Assembly (NCBI GenBank): GCA_951406725.2
Contig: OX597816.1
Location: 171,182,001-171,246,000 of the forward strand
DNA length: 64,000 nt
Source: Octopus vulgaris
Taxonomy: Eukaryota
Direction of reading: 5' to 3'
Part shown: positions 51,201 through 64,000 of the stretch, piece after piece
Layout of the letters: every line of letters starts with the position of its first letter
Position numbering within the stretch: position 1 is the stretch's first letter
Made by a program: the position numbers and the translations under genes
Notes under the pieces: model-generated
Told to the model about the DNA's origin: nothing
The model's database searches: none
Seen by the model: only the letters and a program-made list of their open reading frames with translations

Positions 51201-54128
51201 CATCAATCTTTTTTTTTTTAAAAGTACCTAGTTGCAACTCATTGGAAATTTTAGAACTTCCCACCTTATGAATGTTCTTTAGCAACTTTTCTTGACAAGG
51301 ATCAACAGTAACCTATTTGACACCATAGCTTTATTGCATGATATCAACACATTATTTTTATTTTTTTTTAATTATACAAGTTACCTATAAGTAATTAAGT
51401 GTGATGTTAAATATAAAAAAAAAGAAACTGCAATACCATTTGCAAAATAAAGTTGAGGTATTGCATAATTTCTTTTACATCTGTTTATTTTTTTCAAGAG
51501 AAGAAATAACCAGTTACATCACAAAACTAGTCCCAGTATAATCTGAAACAGATCAATACAGTTTCTATTATTCAGAAATAATAATTTAAGAATTACTAAT
51601 ATATTAGCGTAATTAGTATAAACTAATTGAATATTACAGTTAGTCTTCTGAAAAAATCCTTAAATTACTTTCATAGCATATTTCATGGAATCATGATAGA
51701 CTGTTCATTATACAGATGACAACTTTAACAATAAAATTTTTTAAAAACTAATAATAGGGAGTGAAAACACACACACTTCAAAACATTGATGAGACAGACT
51801 TTCTATTAACTCATAAAAGATTTTATAGCAACACTACCAAATAAAGTTAAGTTACTGATGACCAGTTGTTTAAAGTTTAGCAAACCATGTGTTTTCAAGT
51901 ATTTTATGCAACTGAAAGATTTTGAAGAAGTCCAAAGAAGCCAACTAAAAGAAATGAATTTCCAGTTTCTTCTCATCGCAAAAACATTTCAGCTTGATCT
52001 TATTAAGCAAACTTTCGAAAATCAGATAGTAAATTTTTGCGTTGTGGGTAGTTATCAACGTGACAAAGCTAATACATTATTATGGAGAAGAAAAATCACT
52101 TAGGAACAAAGAAAATAATGTTAAGATGTTTGTCAAAATCCACTTTATGTTAAAGTTCAAGATAAAAAAAAATATAAGTTTTCATCATTTATCTCAATAA
52201 GGGACACAATAAATATTTCTAGAATTTAGATATTACAACATAAAAATAAGGCAGAAGTCAAATAAAGTTGAAGACTTTTTTTTATTTCTTTATATAAACC
52301 CACTCCAAAAGACTCAAAAGGTCAGAAATGTATGAACAGAATTTTGCATTCACTTACTATTATTATTAATTTGATACTTCAGTTTTTGTTTTTTTTTATG
52401 GGGTGGGAGGCTGTTGTATTTGTTGTGCATCTCAATTTCACTTTTTTTAATGTCATTTTAAAACATGACCAATAAAAAAAAAACAAAAAAATAAAGGCTG
52501 TTGAAAAAGATTTTTTGAAACATTTATTTTTTTACACAGTTGTAAAAAAAAATAAGCATTTTAAAAACATTTCATTGGGTGGAATAAATGGTCATAGAGG
52601 TATGAAGTCTTGTAGCACAAGTGGGAAGGAGGGGCTACAAAATAGTTTTGGTTAGTATTTCCTTGACAACATAAGCACATCAACAAGTAGACAAAGATTT
52701 AAACTGTAATATAACAGTGTTTTTACAGAAATTTTTCAAATTGCTTCAGTTAAAAATTGAAAACCTTTTTATTCTTTTTTTGTTTCCAAAAACAAAAACA
52801 TCAAAAATACATATGGTAATTTTTAAGGGTGATCAATGACGTGTCAAAATAGACAACTATATTCACAACCAAATCTAACAAAACATTATCTCTCCACAGA
52901 TTGGAGTAATCCAAGTGAGGTCAATAAATAAGTTATTTACATCAAACAATTTACAACTGACAAGGAAGTAAAGGCTTTGTCTTTGTTACTACAAAGAATT
53001 TCATGAAATAGTACCTGATAGTTTCGAAAATTGCACTACTCATTAGCTTATAAATTTTATCTGGAATGTCTGTTTACATGAAGGCTAAAAGCAAATTTAA
53101 AATAACCATCAAGGTAACATTTTGCTGACCTTTTTATACAGCTAGGCATTATTCTTCAGACATTACTATTTCTTTATTGTGAAAGAAATATTATAGAAGA
53201 GAAAAAAAAAATCAGAGAAATGAAAGTAAAAACAATTCACAAGGTTGAAAATAATTTTTTTTAATGTTTTTATTTATGGAATTTTATTTTAAAAAGAAAA
53301 AAAACTATTTGCAGTGAGTTGGATCAACAAAATAAGATTGAGAAGATATGTTGAGATTACTACAGTTATTTTTTTTTTATTGTTTGGTAGTTATATATTT
53401 AAGTATAATTCAGGAACAAGAATAGGGAATACATAATGCTTATACCCCCAAAAGATCAGAGACTGTTTAGAACAAAGGGGAGAGTCTTAATTGTTGAATA
53501 GATAGCCAAAAGTAAAAACAACTGAGTAAAGTTCTACACATACACCCCACATACGTCTTTTTATTATTATTTTCAATGAATAAAAAGTTACAAAAGTGAC
53601 TCAGGGGCTGAGAGTTTCACGATCGGCACTTTTCAAAATGACTTCAAATCAGGGAAATTGTTTCTTTATACAGAGTGTAAGTACAATTCTACTAGGAATG
53701 ATCAATTAAAAATTAAAATCGCAGGATCATGTGAAAAATATATATTTTTCAAATAGACTGCCCATTAAACAGAAAGAAGTCTTGGGAGGAAATAAAATGC
53801 AGCAAAAAGGAAAAAATGCAATCACATACACAATATATTTCTACACATATACACACATCAGTTCATGTGCACATACATACATGTATGCGATTAGGTATAC
53901 ACATAGATGCACACACACACACACATTAAATATATACATCATGTTATGCTAAGAAGCAGTTCACTGTACCGGAATTTGCCCCAAGTCAAATATAACAAGC
54001 TACTCCAAATCATTCACTATTAAAACTTAAATACACACACACACACAGGGGAAGAGGGTGTTTAAAATTTAGACCCATATTTGACGAACACTTTGTTGAA
54101 AGCCAGACCTGGATAAGCATATCAGATA

Positions 54129-54493
54129 AGCACGTAAAAGCACCATCCGCTCGTGTCCGTAGCCAGCCTCGCCTGGCCCCCGTGCCAGCGGCACGTAAAA
54201 GCACTATCCGTTCGTGTCCGTTGCCAGCCTCGCCTAAACCCTGTGCCGGTGGAACGTAAAAGCACCATCCGTTCGTGTCCGTTGCCAGCTCCGTCTGGCA
54301 CCTGTGCAGGTGGCACGTAAAAAGCACCCACTACACTCACAGAGTGGTTGACGTTAGGAAGGGCATCCAGCCGTAGAAACACTGCCAGATCTGACTGGGC
54401 CTGATGAAGCCTTCTGGCTTCACAGACCCCAGTTGAACCGTTCAACCCATGCTAGCATGGAAAACGGACGCTAAATGATGATGATGATGATGA
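54129..54493 (+). mobile_element. RTE-type 3' tail element with about 4 tandem units
   Basis: Repeated gcacgtaaaagcaccatccgttcgtgtccgttgccagc; (GAT)n tail; absent from the paralogous site near 55985. Confidence 0.85.
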
Positions 54494-54999
54494 TAGTAAG
54501 AAACATAAGGAATCATGAAGAATAAATCATTACAGTCATACTCATTTCAACTGGTAAATCCTGAGTTTGCATTGAAAGATTTCATATAAGATTCCGAAGT
54601 ATATTGGAAAGACATATAAAGAATGGAGAAATATACATCTTCAATTAAAATTTTCCTGTATATAAGATTCCAACTGTTTCTGTTGAATAAGTGTCTTAGT
54701 ATCCCCAGATGTGACAGTTTTTGTGCAGAACCATCTCATCTACGGATCCGAAGACACTTATACAATTGACACTCATACAATAGAAGCACGTGTTGGAACC
54801 TAACATGCCTGGGAAATTTTAATTAGAGATGTATAACTTTCCACTCTTAATGATACACACACAAATCATATGACATTCAAGTTTACATAAGTATCAATTT
54901 GTATTGTGAATAGAAATATAATTACATATTTTCCTAATTATATAATGCTGCTGTATTTTATAATGAGCCTCTTAGCAGAGATGGCTTTAAATACAGGAT

Positions 55000-55480
55000 A
55001 GAATATATCCCTCCACAAAGATCCCCTGATGTTAAAAACATTAGGTAAAGTTATATGGCAGAAACTTTCACTTTCACACATTCCAGTTTGAGCATCAGGT
55101 CTAATATCACCAGATTCTTCCCTCTAGCATAAGTTCCACAAGATTTTTAGCAGATATTACTTCAAAGTCATGGTTGCATAATATAATTTCATCTTTTCTT
55201 TAACAAGACCAGGAAGCGATTAACCCCACCCCCTTCCCACCATCTCTCACAAATGAATCTTCACCTCAGTGCAACTGCTCTATGAGGAGAAGATGCCTTC
55301 TACATGGTGAATGCATTCCAAAAAAGTGTTGTTTTACCATGCCAAGATTTCCCACCAATGATGACAACAATGACACAAAATGCTATATAGGCCTTGCTAA
55401 GAACACATTCAAATCCAGCCATTCAGACTTGAAGAGAAGAGATCGGTAACAACATTTTCAAAATACATGTGAAGTTTAGA
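55000..55480 (-). mobile_element. Possible very decayed pogo/Tigger-like transposase remnant
   Basis: Only scattered similarity (SSLNGWI, LFWNAF, SGDIRP) across frameshifts. Confidence 0.3.
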
Positions 55481-57197
55481 AAACAAAGGCATCTCCAACT
55501 GCAAAATCAAATGGAATAGTTTCAAATTTACTCCAGCTTATATCAAAGACAACAAATGTTATCTTTACTTGTTTGCAAAATTCAATATACTTACACAAAG
55601 TCTCAATCTAATAAATTCTAAATTAGAGTTCATTTCTTCATGGCAATTCCAAAGGGAATTCATTCTACAATTCTTCAAGCTACTCACTGAATGATATTAT
55701 ACATGGCTTTACGACCTTTGATGTTTTACACACCTGCTTTCCATCCTGCACTTATATATACATCTCTTTGCCTATGGTTCCCTACTCTTACACAATTCCA
55801 CTTTTATAAATACCATGTTTTTATACAAATGCCCTTTCATATGAATTACTTATCTAATATCACATTCAATTACAACTTAAATGCACGCGCACACACACAC
55901 ACATAGAGGAGAAGAGGGTGTTTAAAATTAAGACCCATATTTGACGAACACTTTGTTGAAAGCCAGACCTGGATAAGCATATCAGATAGTAAGAAACAAG
56001 GAATCATAAAGAATAAATCATTAGTCATACTCATTTCAACTGGTAAATCCTGAGTTTGCATTGAAAGATTTCATATAAAATTCCAAAGTATATTGGAAAG
56101 ACATATGTAGAATGGAGAAGTATACATCTTCAATTAAAATTTTCCAGCATATCAGATTCCAACTGTTTCTGTTGAATAAGTGTCTTAGTATCCTCAGATA
56201 TATATGTACATGTGCACCTGTCACAGTTAATGAGCTGATTGTGCATTTTCAATTATCTGACAAGCAAGGAGATATACTTTACTGTTCTGTTTTTAAAACC
56301 CACTGAAGATAGTACTTCTTTTTTATTACTTCTTCAGCAAGTAAAAAAAAAAAGTACTGGTGTGGGTACTAGCACCATGTAAAAAGTACTGGTGCCACAT
56401 AAAGACCACTGGTGATGGTGCCATGTAAATGGTACCCAGTACACTCTGTAAAGTTGGCTTTAGTAAGGGCATCCAGCTGTAGAAACCAAGCCATAACAGG
56501 CTACAGAACCTGGTGCAGCCCCTGGCCATCTAAACCATGCCAGCATGAAAACAGATGTTAAATAATGGTGATGATGATTTTAATAGCTTCTTTCATTAAT
56601 TTAAATTATTTGACTTCTTCATATAATGATATACATCAGTAGCACTCAATCTGTTCAGATTTATACATCACTTGGGTTTTACACCTTGCTGTATTCCACA
56701 TGTAGGGTATGAGTGTGTCTAAGTGCATATATATATATATATATTATATACATACAATATACATATATATATATGTGTCTATGTCTGTGTTGTATGGATA
56801 TGAGTATATATACAAATGCATAGATGTGTGTTCACATGTATGCATGCAAATGTATATATGTAAGGGAAAAAAATCCATATACATGCATGTGAGTATATAT
56901 GTATATACACTTAAATCAATGTGGGTATATATGTGTGTGAGTGTGTGTGCACGTGCATTTGTATATACATATATATACACATACCATATATTTTGTATAT
57001 GTGTGTGAGTATGTGTGTCAGTGTGTAGAAAGAGATATGTGCATGTACGAATAAGCACTTTTCACTGCTGTTTATCTCCTCTCAAGTCATCTGCATAATG
57101 AACAGTCTATTTGTACATATGTACTTTCCACATGACTCCACACCAACACCATTCAATATTCAGTTGAACTGAACATTCCAGAAAGAAATGTAATTTA

Positions 57198-57602
57198 TCT
57201 TTATATCTTTATATATAAAAGTGAGGTTGTGTGAGTGTCTGTCTCCTACGATTTAGATTCCTAACTACTCCCACATTTTGCGGTGCAGTTTAACCAAAAC
57301 CGGGCTATCTTCTAGTCGTGATTCATATCGAGCCCTTCTGGGTATTAGCGCGCGCCTACGATGAGTCTACGATTTAAAAAAAATTTACCATCAATTTTTC
57401 CCATTTTTAATGCATTTTAGGCATATATAAGGGAAGTAACTCTCTAAAAATGTATTATTAAATCTCAGAACGTAAAAAGCTACAGTAACATCCCCCCTTT
57501 GTGGTTAGCCATATTGAGATGGCTATTATACTTTACATCTCTAAAAATGCTTATATAGTTATTTCCCTTACAAACCCGAGCAACGCCGGGCGATACTGCT
57601 AG
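57198..57602 (+). mobile_element. Non-autonomous Helitron, about 400 bp
   Basis: A|TCTTTATA 5' end, subterminal GC hairpin CCCG-agcaacgc-CGGG, 3' CTAG|T, no TSD, CpG retained relative to flanks. Confidence 0.8.
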
Positions 57603-57936
57603 TTCTATATAAAAACAAGCTTGAAGTCAGTTTAGGAAGAGTGGTGTAAAAAACAAACTCTCTTTTGTAACACCAAAGAAACAATACCAGAACCGGGACA
57701 CTACAGCAAGATATGGCACTCTGACCCAGTCAGACCTTACAACACGTGCTAGCATGGAAAACGGACATGCTGATGGGGATGATGATGATGGTGGCACATG
57801 CCAACACATGTATATGTGTACACACACACACACACAAATATATCCTTTTTTATGTATGTGTGCATGTACTTATATATCTATATGAGCATGTGAGTGTTTT
57901 AATATGCATTTATATGCAAGGATATATATATATATA

Positions 57937-58248
57937 ATCATATCAAAAAGGGAAATGGAATATAATTAAATTAAAAATATTCAATCAAAATTTACATTTC
58001 CAGTGGTCTAACGTGCAAAAAATTTGTCGAAAAGACTATATATTAATTATACACATAAGGAATCTACACCTAGAGTGAAGATTCAGCACATTAGAGAGTC
58101 ACAAAAATAATGGATAAGATTCGACAGGAACAAAAATTTTTAAATGTTTTTCATTTCCAAATTTTGTTCCTGTCGAATCTTATCCATTATTTTTGTGGCT
58201 CTCTAATGTGCTGAATCTTCACCCTAGGTGTAGATTCCTTATGTGTAT

Positions 58249-58251
<3 letters not shown>
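57937..58251. mobile_element. Fold-back hairpin + tail mini-element in (TA)n
   Basis: Arms of about 88 bp, 58047-58134 / 58162-58249, with about 2 mismatches; left tail contains ccagtggtcta. Confidence 0.75.
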
Positions 58252-58303
<52 letters not shown>

Positions 58304-59467
58304 TTGCTTATTAAGGTCGTGCTCCAGCATGGCCGCAGTCAAATGACTGAAACAAGTAAAAGGAATATATCCATTTATGTATATAAATGCATAGGCAATG
58401 TATGTAGGGACAGAAACAGATGAATACAGAAATAGCGTAAGAGAGAGACTGAGAATACGCAGGCGTAGATGTTGAACCAAAATTTAAAATGACTTCAAAC
58501 CTAGTGTATTCTTGTTTTTTTACAAAAATAATTTATTTAAATATTTATGTTTTATTGGCTAAACTGGCAAAATGACCATTCCTAAATACAACAATAAATT
58601 TATTTTGATATACCACTGAAAACAATTCATGATACATTACCATTGAAAATACAAATTTCTGACTACATTGTAAGAGGATGAGATAATTTCAATCAAGGCA
58701 AAATGTTGCACAATAATTGGCAATGAAATAAACTGAAGGGGATAGAAATCAATTCTTAACGATCACTTGAAAGAATTTTATGGTTTACAGTAATAAAATG
58801 AAAGTTTAATAACAACAATTTAAGAGTTTATACAACCAATTCCTTTCAGAAGGAATAACATATTTCAAAAGAACATTAAACATCTCTGTTGAAACACAGA
58901 TATTTTACAGATTAACTTCGTTTATGAATGGAAAAGAGAGAATGAGGTGATTTAGTTGATTTACATGGATATTTTCTTAAATTAACAATTACTTCATATG
59001 ACATTCACTGTTTGAAAAATTTTGAAAAAACTTCAGTGTTATTGAAAAAAAAAAAAAGCAATAAAGATTCAGTCGTACATTTAAAATCTTGAATTAATTT
59101 CAAAGCAAGAAATGAAGGCACAAAAATATAATATTAAATTGCATTTTAATATAATTTCAATTTTTGAAAAGTATTTTAGCACTTGAAATTATTTTCAACA
59201 CTTGTTTCATACTTTCTACTTTGAAATTCCTTTCACTTAGTTGAAATATCTTACATGACACTGAGAGAAATCACCAGAAAAACCCCTAAGAAACCTGAGA
59301 TTTAGTTCAACAGTGACATCCAAATTTGAATTAAAAAAAAATTTTAAAAAACAATTACAAGTAACAATTATTCATTTACAACAATTATCTTAAACATCTA
59401 ATAAAACTTTTCGCTATACACAAACCTGAATGAGCACATATCAATTAATATGAGATTTACATAAGCT

Positions 59468-59680
59468 AGTGAGCTGGCAGAATCGTTAGCATGCCAGGCA
59501 AAATGATTAGCAGCATTTTGTCCAACTTTATATTCTAAGTTCAAATTCTGCCGAGGTCAACTTAGCCTATCATTCCTTTCGGGGTCAATAAAAAAAGTAC
59601 CAGTTAAGCACTGGGGTTGATATACTCAACCTAACCCCTCCCCCAAGATTGCTGACTTTGTGCTAAAATATGAAACCAGT
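59468..59680 (+). mobile_element. Diverged SINE family B relative
   Basis: gagctggcagaatcgttagcatgccaggcaaaatg...aagttcaaattctgccgaggtcaac. Confidence 0.75.
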
Positions 59681-60325
59681 ATTAGATTTACATGATTATA
59701 TACATGCATGGCTTTGGAGAGCTTTAACTCTTCTTTCTAGCAAATGGGTGTATATTGTACCCTGACTTTTAAGATATGTGTGTATATATATATATACACA
59801 CAAACACACACGGAAACTAAAAGGAGCTTGTCATATATATATATATATATATACACATACACACACATATATATATATATATGCTTGTATGTATAAAAAT
59901 GTACCTTGTTAAAATTGCTTTGTACTTCACAGAGGATACATCCAATATTTAAAGCTCTGTATATTCTATACACTTCAATATCTACCTCATTAAAATTGTG
60001 CATGGCATCATCATCACACAAGCACTTTAGTTGTATAGAAAAGCTGTAATATATGCAGAGTAAAATTCATTGGAAAACCACAATGAAAATGCAAGTAATA
60101 TTTAAATAACTTCATTTGCTGCCACATACTGAGAAGTGCAGCAATCCTTCTTGAGAATTTTACAGACTTATAAATAAGGAATGAAGGGATTTAAATAATA
60201 CTTGCATTGTTTTCCTAGACTTTTTTCTATGGCATATATACTCACATAGGCATATGGGTTTACATATACAGACACACAGATATACCCAGGAGATATCTAA
60301 CTACCTATAAGGATTATATATATAT

Positions 60326-60705
60326 AGGAGTGGCTGTGTGGTAAGTAGCTTGCTTACAAACCACATGGTTCCGAGTTGAGTCCCACTGCGTGGCACCTTG
60401 GGCAAGTGTCTTCTACTATAGCCTCGTGCCGACCAAAGCCTTGTGAGTGGATTTGGTAGATGGAAACTGAAAGAAGCCCGTCGTATATATGTATATATAT
60501 GCATGTGTGTATATGTTTGTGTGTCTGTGTTTGTCCCCCCAACATCGCTTGACAACCGATGCTGGTGTGTCCCCGTAACTTAGCGGTTCGACAAAAGAGT
60601 CCAATAAGTACTAGGCTTACAAAGAATAAGTCCTGGGGTCGATTTGCTTGACTAAGGGGCGGTGCTCCAGCATGGCTACAGTCAAATGACTGAAACAAGT
60701 AAAAA
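60326..60705 (+). mobile_element. SINE family A
   Basis: Match to family A; an older inverted copy follows at about 60835-61140. Confidence 0.85.
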
Positions 60706-61410
60706 ACAAAAATATATCTATATATACATACATGCACATTTATATATATACAAATATATGTACACACAAATAAGCATATTTGTGAACACACATGTATACA
60801 ATATAAACACAAAATGTATACATGGATATCTTTTATTTTCTATTTGATTCAGTGACTGGACTGCAGCCATGCTGGGGTGGCACCTTGAAGAATTTTAGGT
60901 CAAATAAATCAACGCCAGTGCCTATATTTTTCAGCCTGGTCCTTATTCTATCGGTCCTTTTCGTGAACCACCAGGGAATGGGGACAAACACTGACACACA
61001 CATGACAGGCTTCTTTCAGTTTGTCTACCAAATCCACTCACAAGGTTTTGACCAGCCTGAGTAGAAGATACTTGCCCAAGATGCCATGCAATAAGACTGA
61101 ACCCAGAACCATGAAGTTTGGAAGGAAACTTTTTACCACATACACACACACACACATATTTTTACATACATACACATACATAGATACACCTATATAAAAA
61201 TGTACATGTATATCTATACGCATATGTGTGTGCGCATGCGCACATGCATGTATGTGTGGGCATGTGTATATATCAATTATCTTCATCATTATCATTTTAA
61301 TTCTGCTTTCCAGCTTGTCATGCTGTTAGACATTGTACTAAGAGCTTTTCTCATTGCATCAGCACAAGTGAGTTTGCCTTGCAGCTTGCAAGACTTAAAG
61401 AGCCCCTAAT

Positions 61411-61477
<67 letters not shown>

Positions 61478-61547
61478 TATATATCATATGATATATTTTA
61501 TTATATTATACCATGTTATATGATATTATATAGATATATATATATAT

Positions 61548-61772
61548 TGGAGATGTACTTGCATAGCAAGTGGCCTGATCTGAGATCGTGTGCTGGAACG
61601 AAAATAATTGCAGCATAGAAGCCATGTGCAGCATGGAGTTTTGTCAGTGAACAGGTTGCGGTCTCAAAGCGCCGAAAATATTTTGGAAAATTAAATTTAA
61701 ATGTTGAAGTGAATCTAACGGTTTTTGTGTGTTTCTTAAATGGCTTATAAACACCTTCTACGCTGCAATTGT
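61548..61772. mobile_element. Second member of the 24744-25074 family, left arm mostly missing
   Basis: Same tail ggagatgtacttgcatagcaagtg and same right arm, including ttttgtcaGTGAACAggttgcggtctcaaagcgccGAAAATATTTT. Confidence 0.8.
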
Positions 61773-61779
61773 ATATATA

Positions 61780-63030
61780 TTGGGTCATCTCATAAATAAT
61801 GTGGTTTTTTTTCAACTGCATGAACTAAGAGATCGAAGGGGATGGGATAAACCGCCTGCATCAACTTGCTATAAAAGCAGGTAGTAATTTTACCTTGTCC
61901 TTATTCTTAGTGCAAGTTTTGAAGAATGCAATTTGATTTTAACAATTATTTTTTCAAAGCTATAATGGAAGTGACAAAGGAACATATTCAGTATATTTAG
62001 CCATATGAGTTCAATAAAGGCGACAATGCAACGGAAAGTGTGAGGAATATTAATGCAGTATGTGGAGATTGGACAATAAGCGTAAGCCATTACCAAAGGT
62101 GGTTCCAGATATTGCAAGCCGAAAACTACAGCTTAGAAGATGAGCCTTGTCCTGGAAGATATGTAGAGCTCTACAAGGACGTCCTACAAAACCTGGTGGG
62201 ACAAAATTTCAACGTAACTGTACAGAAACTAGCAGAGAAGCTTGGATTTGGTCATTTAACCATTCATCGAACCTGCATACCATTGGAAATGCCAGCAAAT
62301 TGGGTCAATAGGTTCCTCACAAACTTTCTGAGTCTAATCGTGCACAGAGACTATGTGCTCTTATCTGCTGTCACATCTCACAAATGAACCTTTCTTGAAC
62401 CAAATAGTGACTGATAATGAGAAATGGATTCTCTATAAAACTGTGAGGAGCCAAAGACAGTGGGTAGAGAAAGGAGAAACGCTAGCACACAAGGCTAAAG
62501 AAGGTCTTCACACATGTAAGGTGTTATCTGTTTGGTGGATATCAGAAGTTAAGTCCACTTTGAACTTTTAAACCCAAACCAAAGAAGGAGATCTACTGCA
62601 AGCTGCTTAAGTCAGTGCTAAAAGAAAAACAACCATCTTTGGTTTCAAGACAAAAGGTGTTCTTCCATCAAGATAATGCTTGGACACATACAGTAAGGAT
62701 GACATTCCAGAGGTTGGAGAAGTTTGAATGGGAAACAATGCTCTGGACATTGCCTCATCTCATTATCATTTATTCCGCAGTCTTCAAAATCATTTGGACG
62801 GAAAAAACATGAATTCTGTAGACAAGGTCAGAAAAGTACTGGACAAGTATTATTCCTCAAGCACAAGCGAAATTTGGAAGAAGGGCTTTGCAAGTCAACC
62901 ATTTAGTTGAAAAAGTATTAGATGAAAGAAAATGCAGGAGAGCCTATTTCAGATTAAGAAAGAACTTGTTTGCCTTAATTTTGAAATATAAAAGTATAAA
63001 GAAAACCACATAATTTATGGGATGACCCTA
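61780..63030 (+). mobile_element. Full-length but inactivated mariner (Tc1/mariner) transposon, about 1.25 kb
   Basis: TIRs TTGGGTCATCTCATAAATAATGTGGTTTT / AAAACCACATAATTTATGGGATGACCCTA in TA context; transposase remnants inside. Confidence 0.92.
61965..62957 (+). pseudogene. Mariner transposase pseudogene with stops and frameshifts
   Basis: Motifs QRWF...SLEDEPCPGR, *VPHKL (WVPHEL), IVTDNEKWILY (TGDEKW), FHQDNAWTH (HDNARPH), DIASSHYHLFRSLQNHL (DLAPSDYHLF). Confidence 0.9.
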
Positions 63031-63058
63031 TATATATATACATGTGGATGAATGCATT

Positions 63059-63103
<45 letters not shown>

Positions 63104-63213
63104 AAGTATACACACACACATATGTATATATATATATATATAAATTTACATATATATATATAAATATACATACATACATATACATACGTATACATATATA
63201 TAAATATACATAC

Positions 63214-63245
<32 letters not shown>

Positions 63246-63293
63246 ATACGTATACATATATATAAATATACATACATATACATATATATAAAT

Positions 63294-63344
<51 letters not shown>

Positions 63345-63729
63345 CATATATATATACATATATATAAATATACATACATATATATATAAATATACATACA
63401 TATATATATAAATATACATACATATATATATATATATATACACATACATATATATATAGAGAGAGATAAATATACATATATATACATATATATATATACA
63501 TACATATATATATAAATATACATACATATATATATATTTAAATATACATACATATATATATTTAAATATACATATATATAAATATACAAACATATACATA
63601 TATAAATATACATACATATATATACAGTTTTTAAATATACATATAGATACAAATACACACACACACATACATATATATATACAGTTATAAATATACATAT
63701 ATAGAGATATACCTACATACATATATATA

Positions 63730-64000
63730 TATAATATATATAATATATTAATAAATAAAACATATGCATATATATATATACATATATGTATGTACCTACT
63801 TCTACATGTATATATACATGCATATATGGGTACAGGACACCAAAAAACGTCGAACACAATGAGAAATGAAAACATAAACACAAAACCAAGGAAATGGACA
63901 TTTTTTTAAAACAACAAAAAAATTGAGTACAGGACAAATAACACAAGGAAAAAACCCCTTCTTCAGCCGCCATGGTTTCATCTACTCTGTGTTTAGTTAT
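63730..64000 (-). mobile_element. Relative of the 27030-27260 probable PLE terminal region, running off the window
   Basis: Reverse complement gagtagatgaaac...ctgaagaagggg...tttatgttttcatttctcattgtgttc...cccatatatgcatgtatatataca. Confidence 0.65.

Noticed and set aside
54129-54330. CRISPR-like repeat/spacer appearance of the gcacgtaaaagcacc arrays
   Set aside because: The spacers are related to each other, the context is a eukaryotic RTE 3' UTR, and there are no cas genes.

Overview
AT-rich, repeat-dense animal genomic DNA. The tRNA-derived SINE families, RTE tails and long (TA)n/(TACA)n tracts point to an octopus (coleoid cephalopod); this is an inference from recalled repeat sequence, not a search result. 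There is no long genuine ORF, and nearly all ORF-track entries are microsatellite or SINE translations. The window appears to lie within the introns of a minus-strand gene, represented by a few small phase-1 exon candidates (best: 48170-48244, 75 nt; 13419-13436, 18 nt; 1118 down to 1062 or 991). Mobile DNA dominates: several SINE families, RTE, CR1 and R4/Dong-like LINE fragments, a decayed mariner, piggyBac-type and 8-bp-TSD MITEs, a non-autonomous Helitron, and many Penelope-like element (PLE) relics. The most striking unannotated signal is a set of short (TA)n-anchored fold-back 'hairpin + tail' elements. Several carry minimal hammerhead-ribozyme-like motifs near the hairpin centre, including one family whose core has the compensatory G3:C8 swap (GUGAACA instead of CUGANGA). 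All structures were read by eye, and the ends of decayed repeats are approximate.
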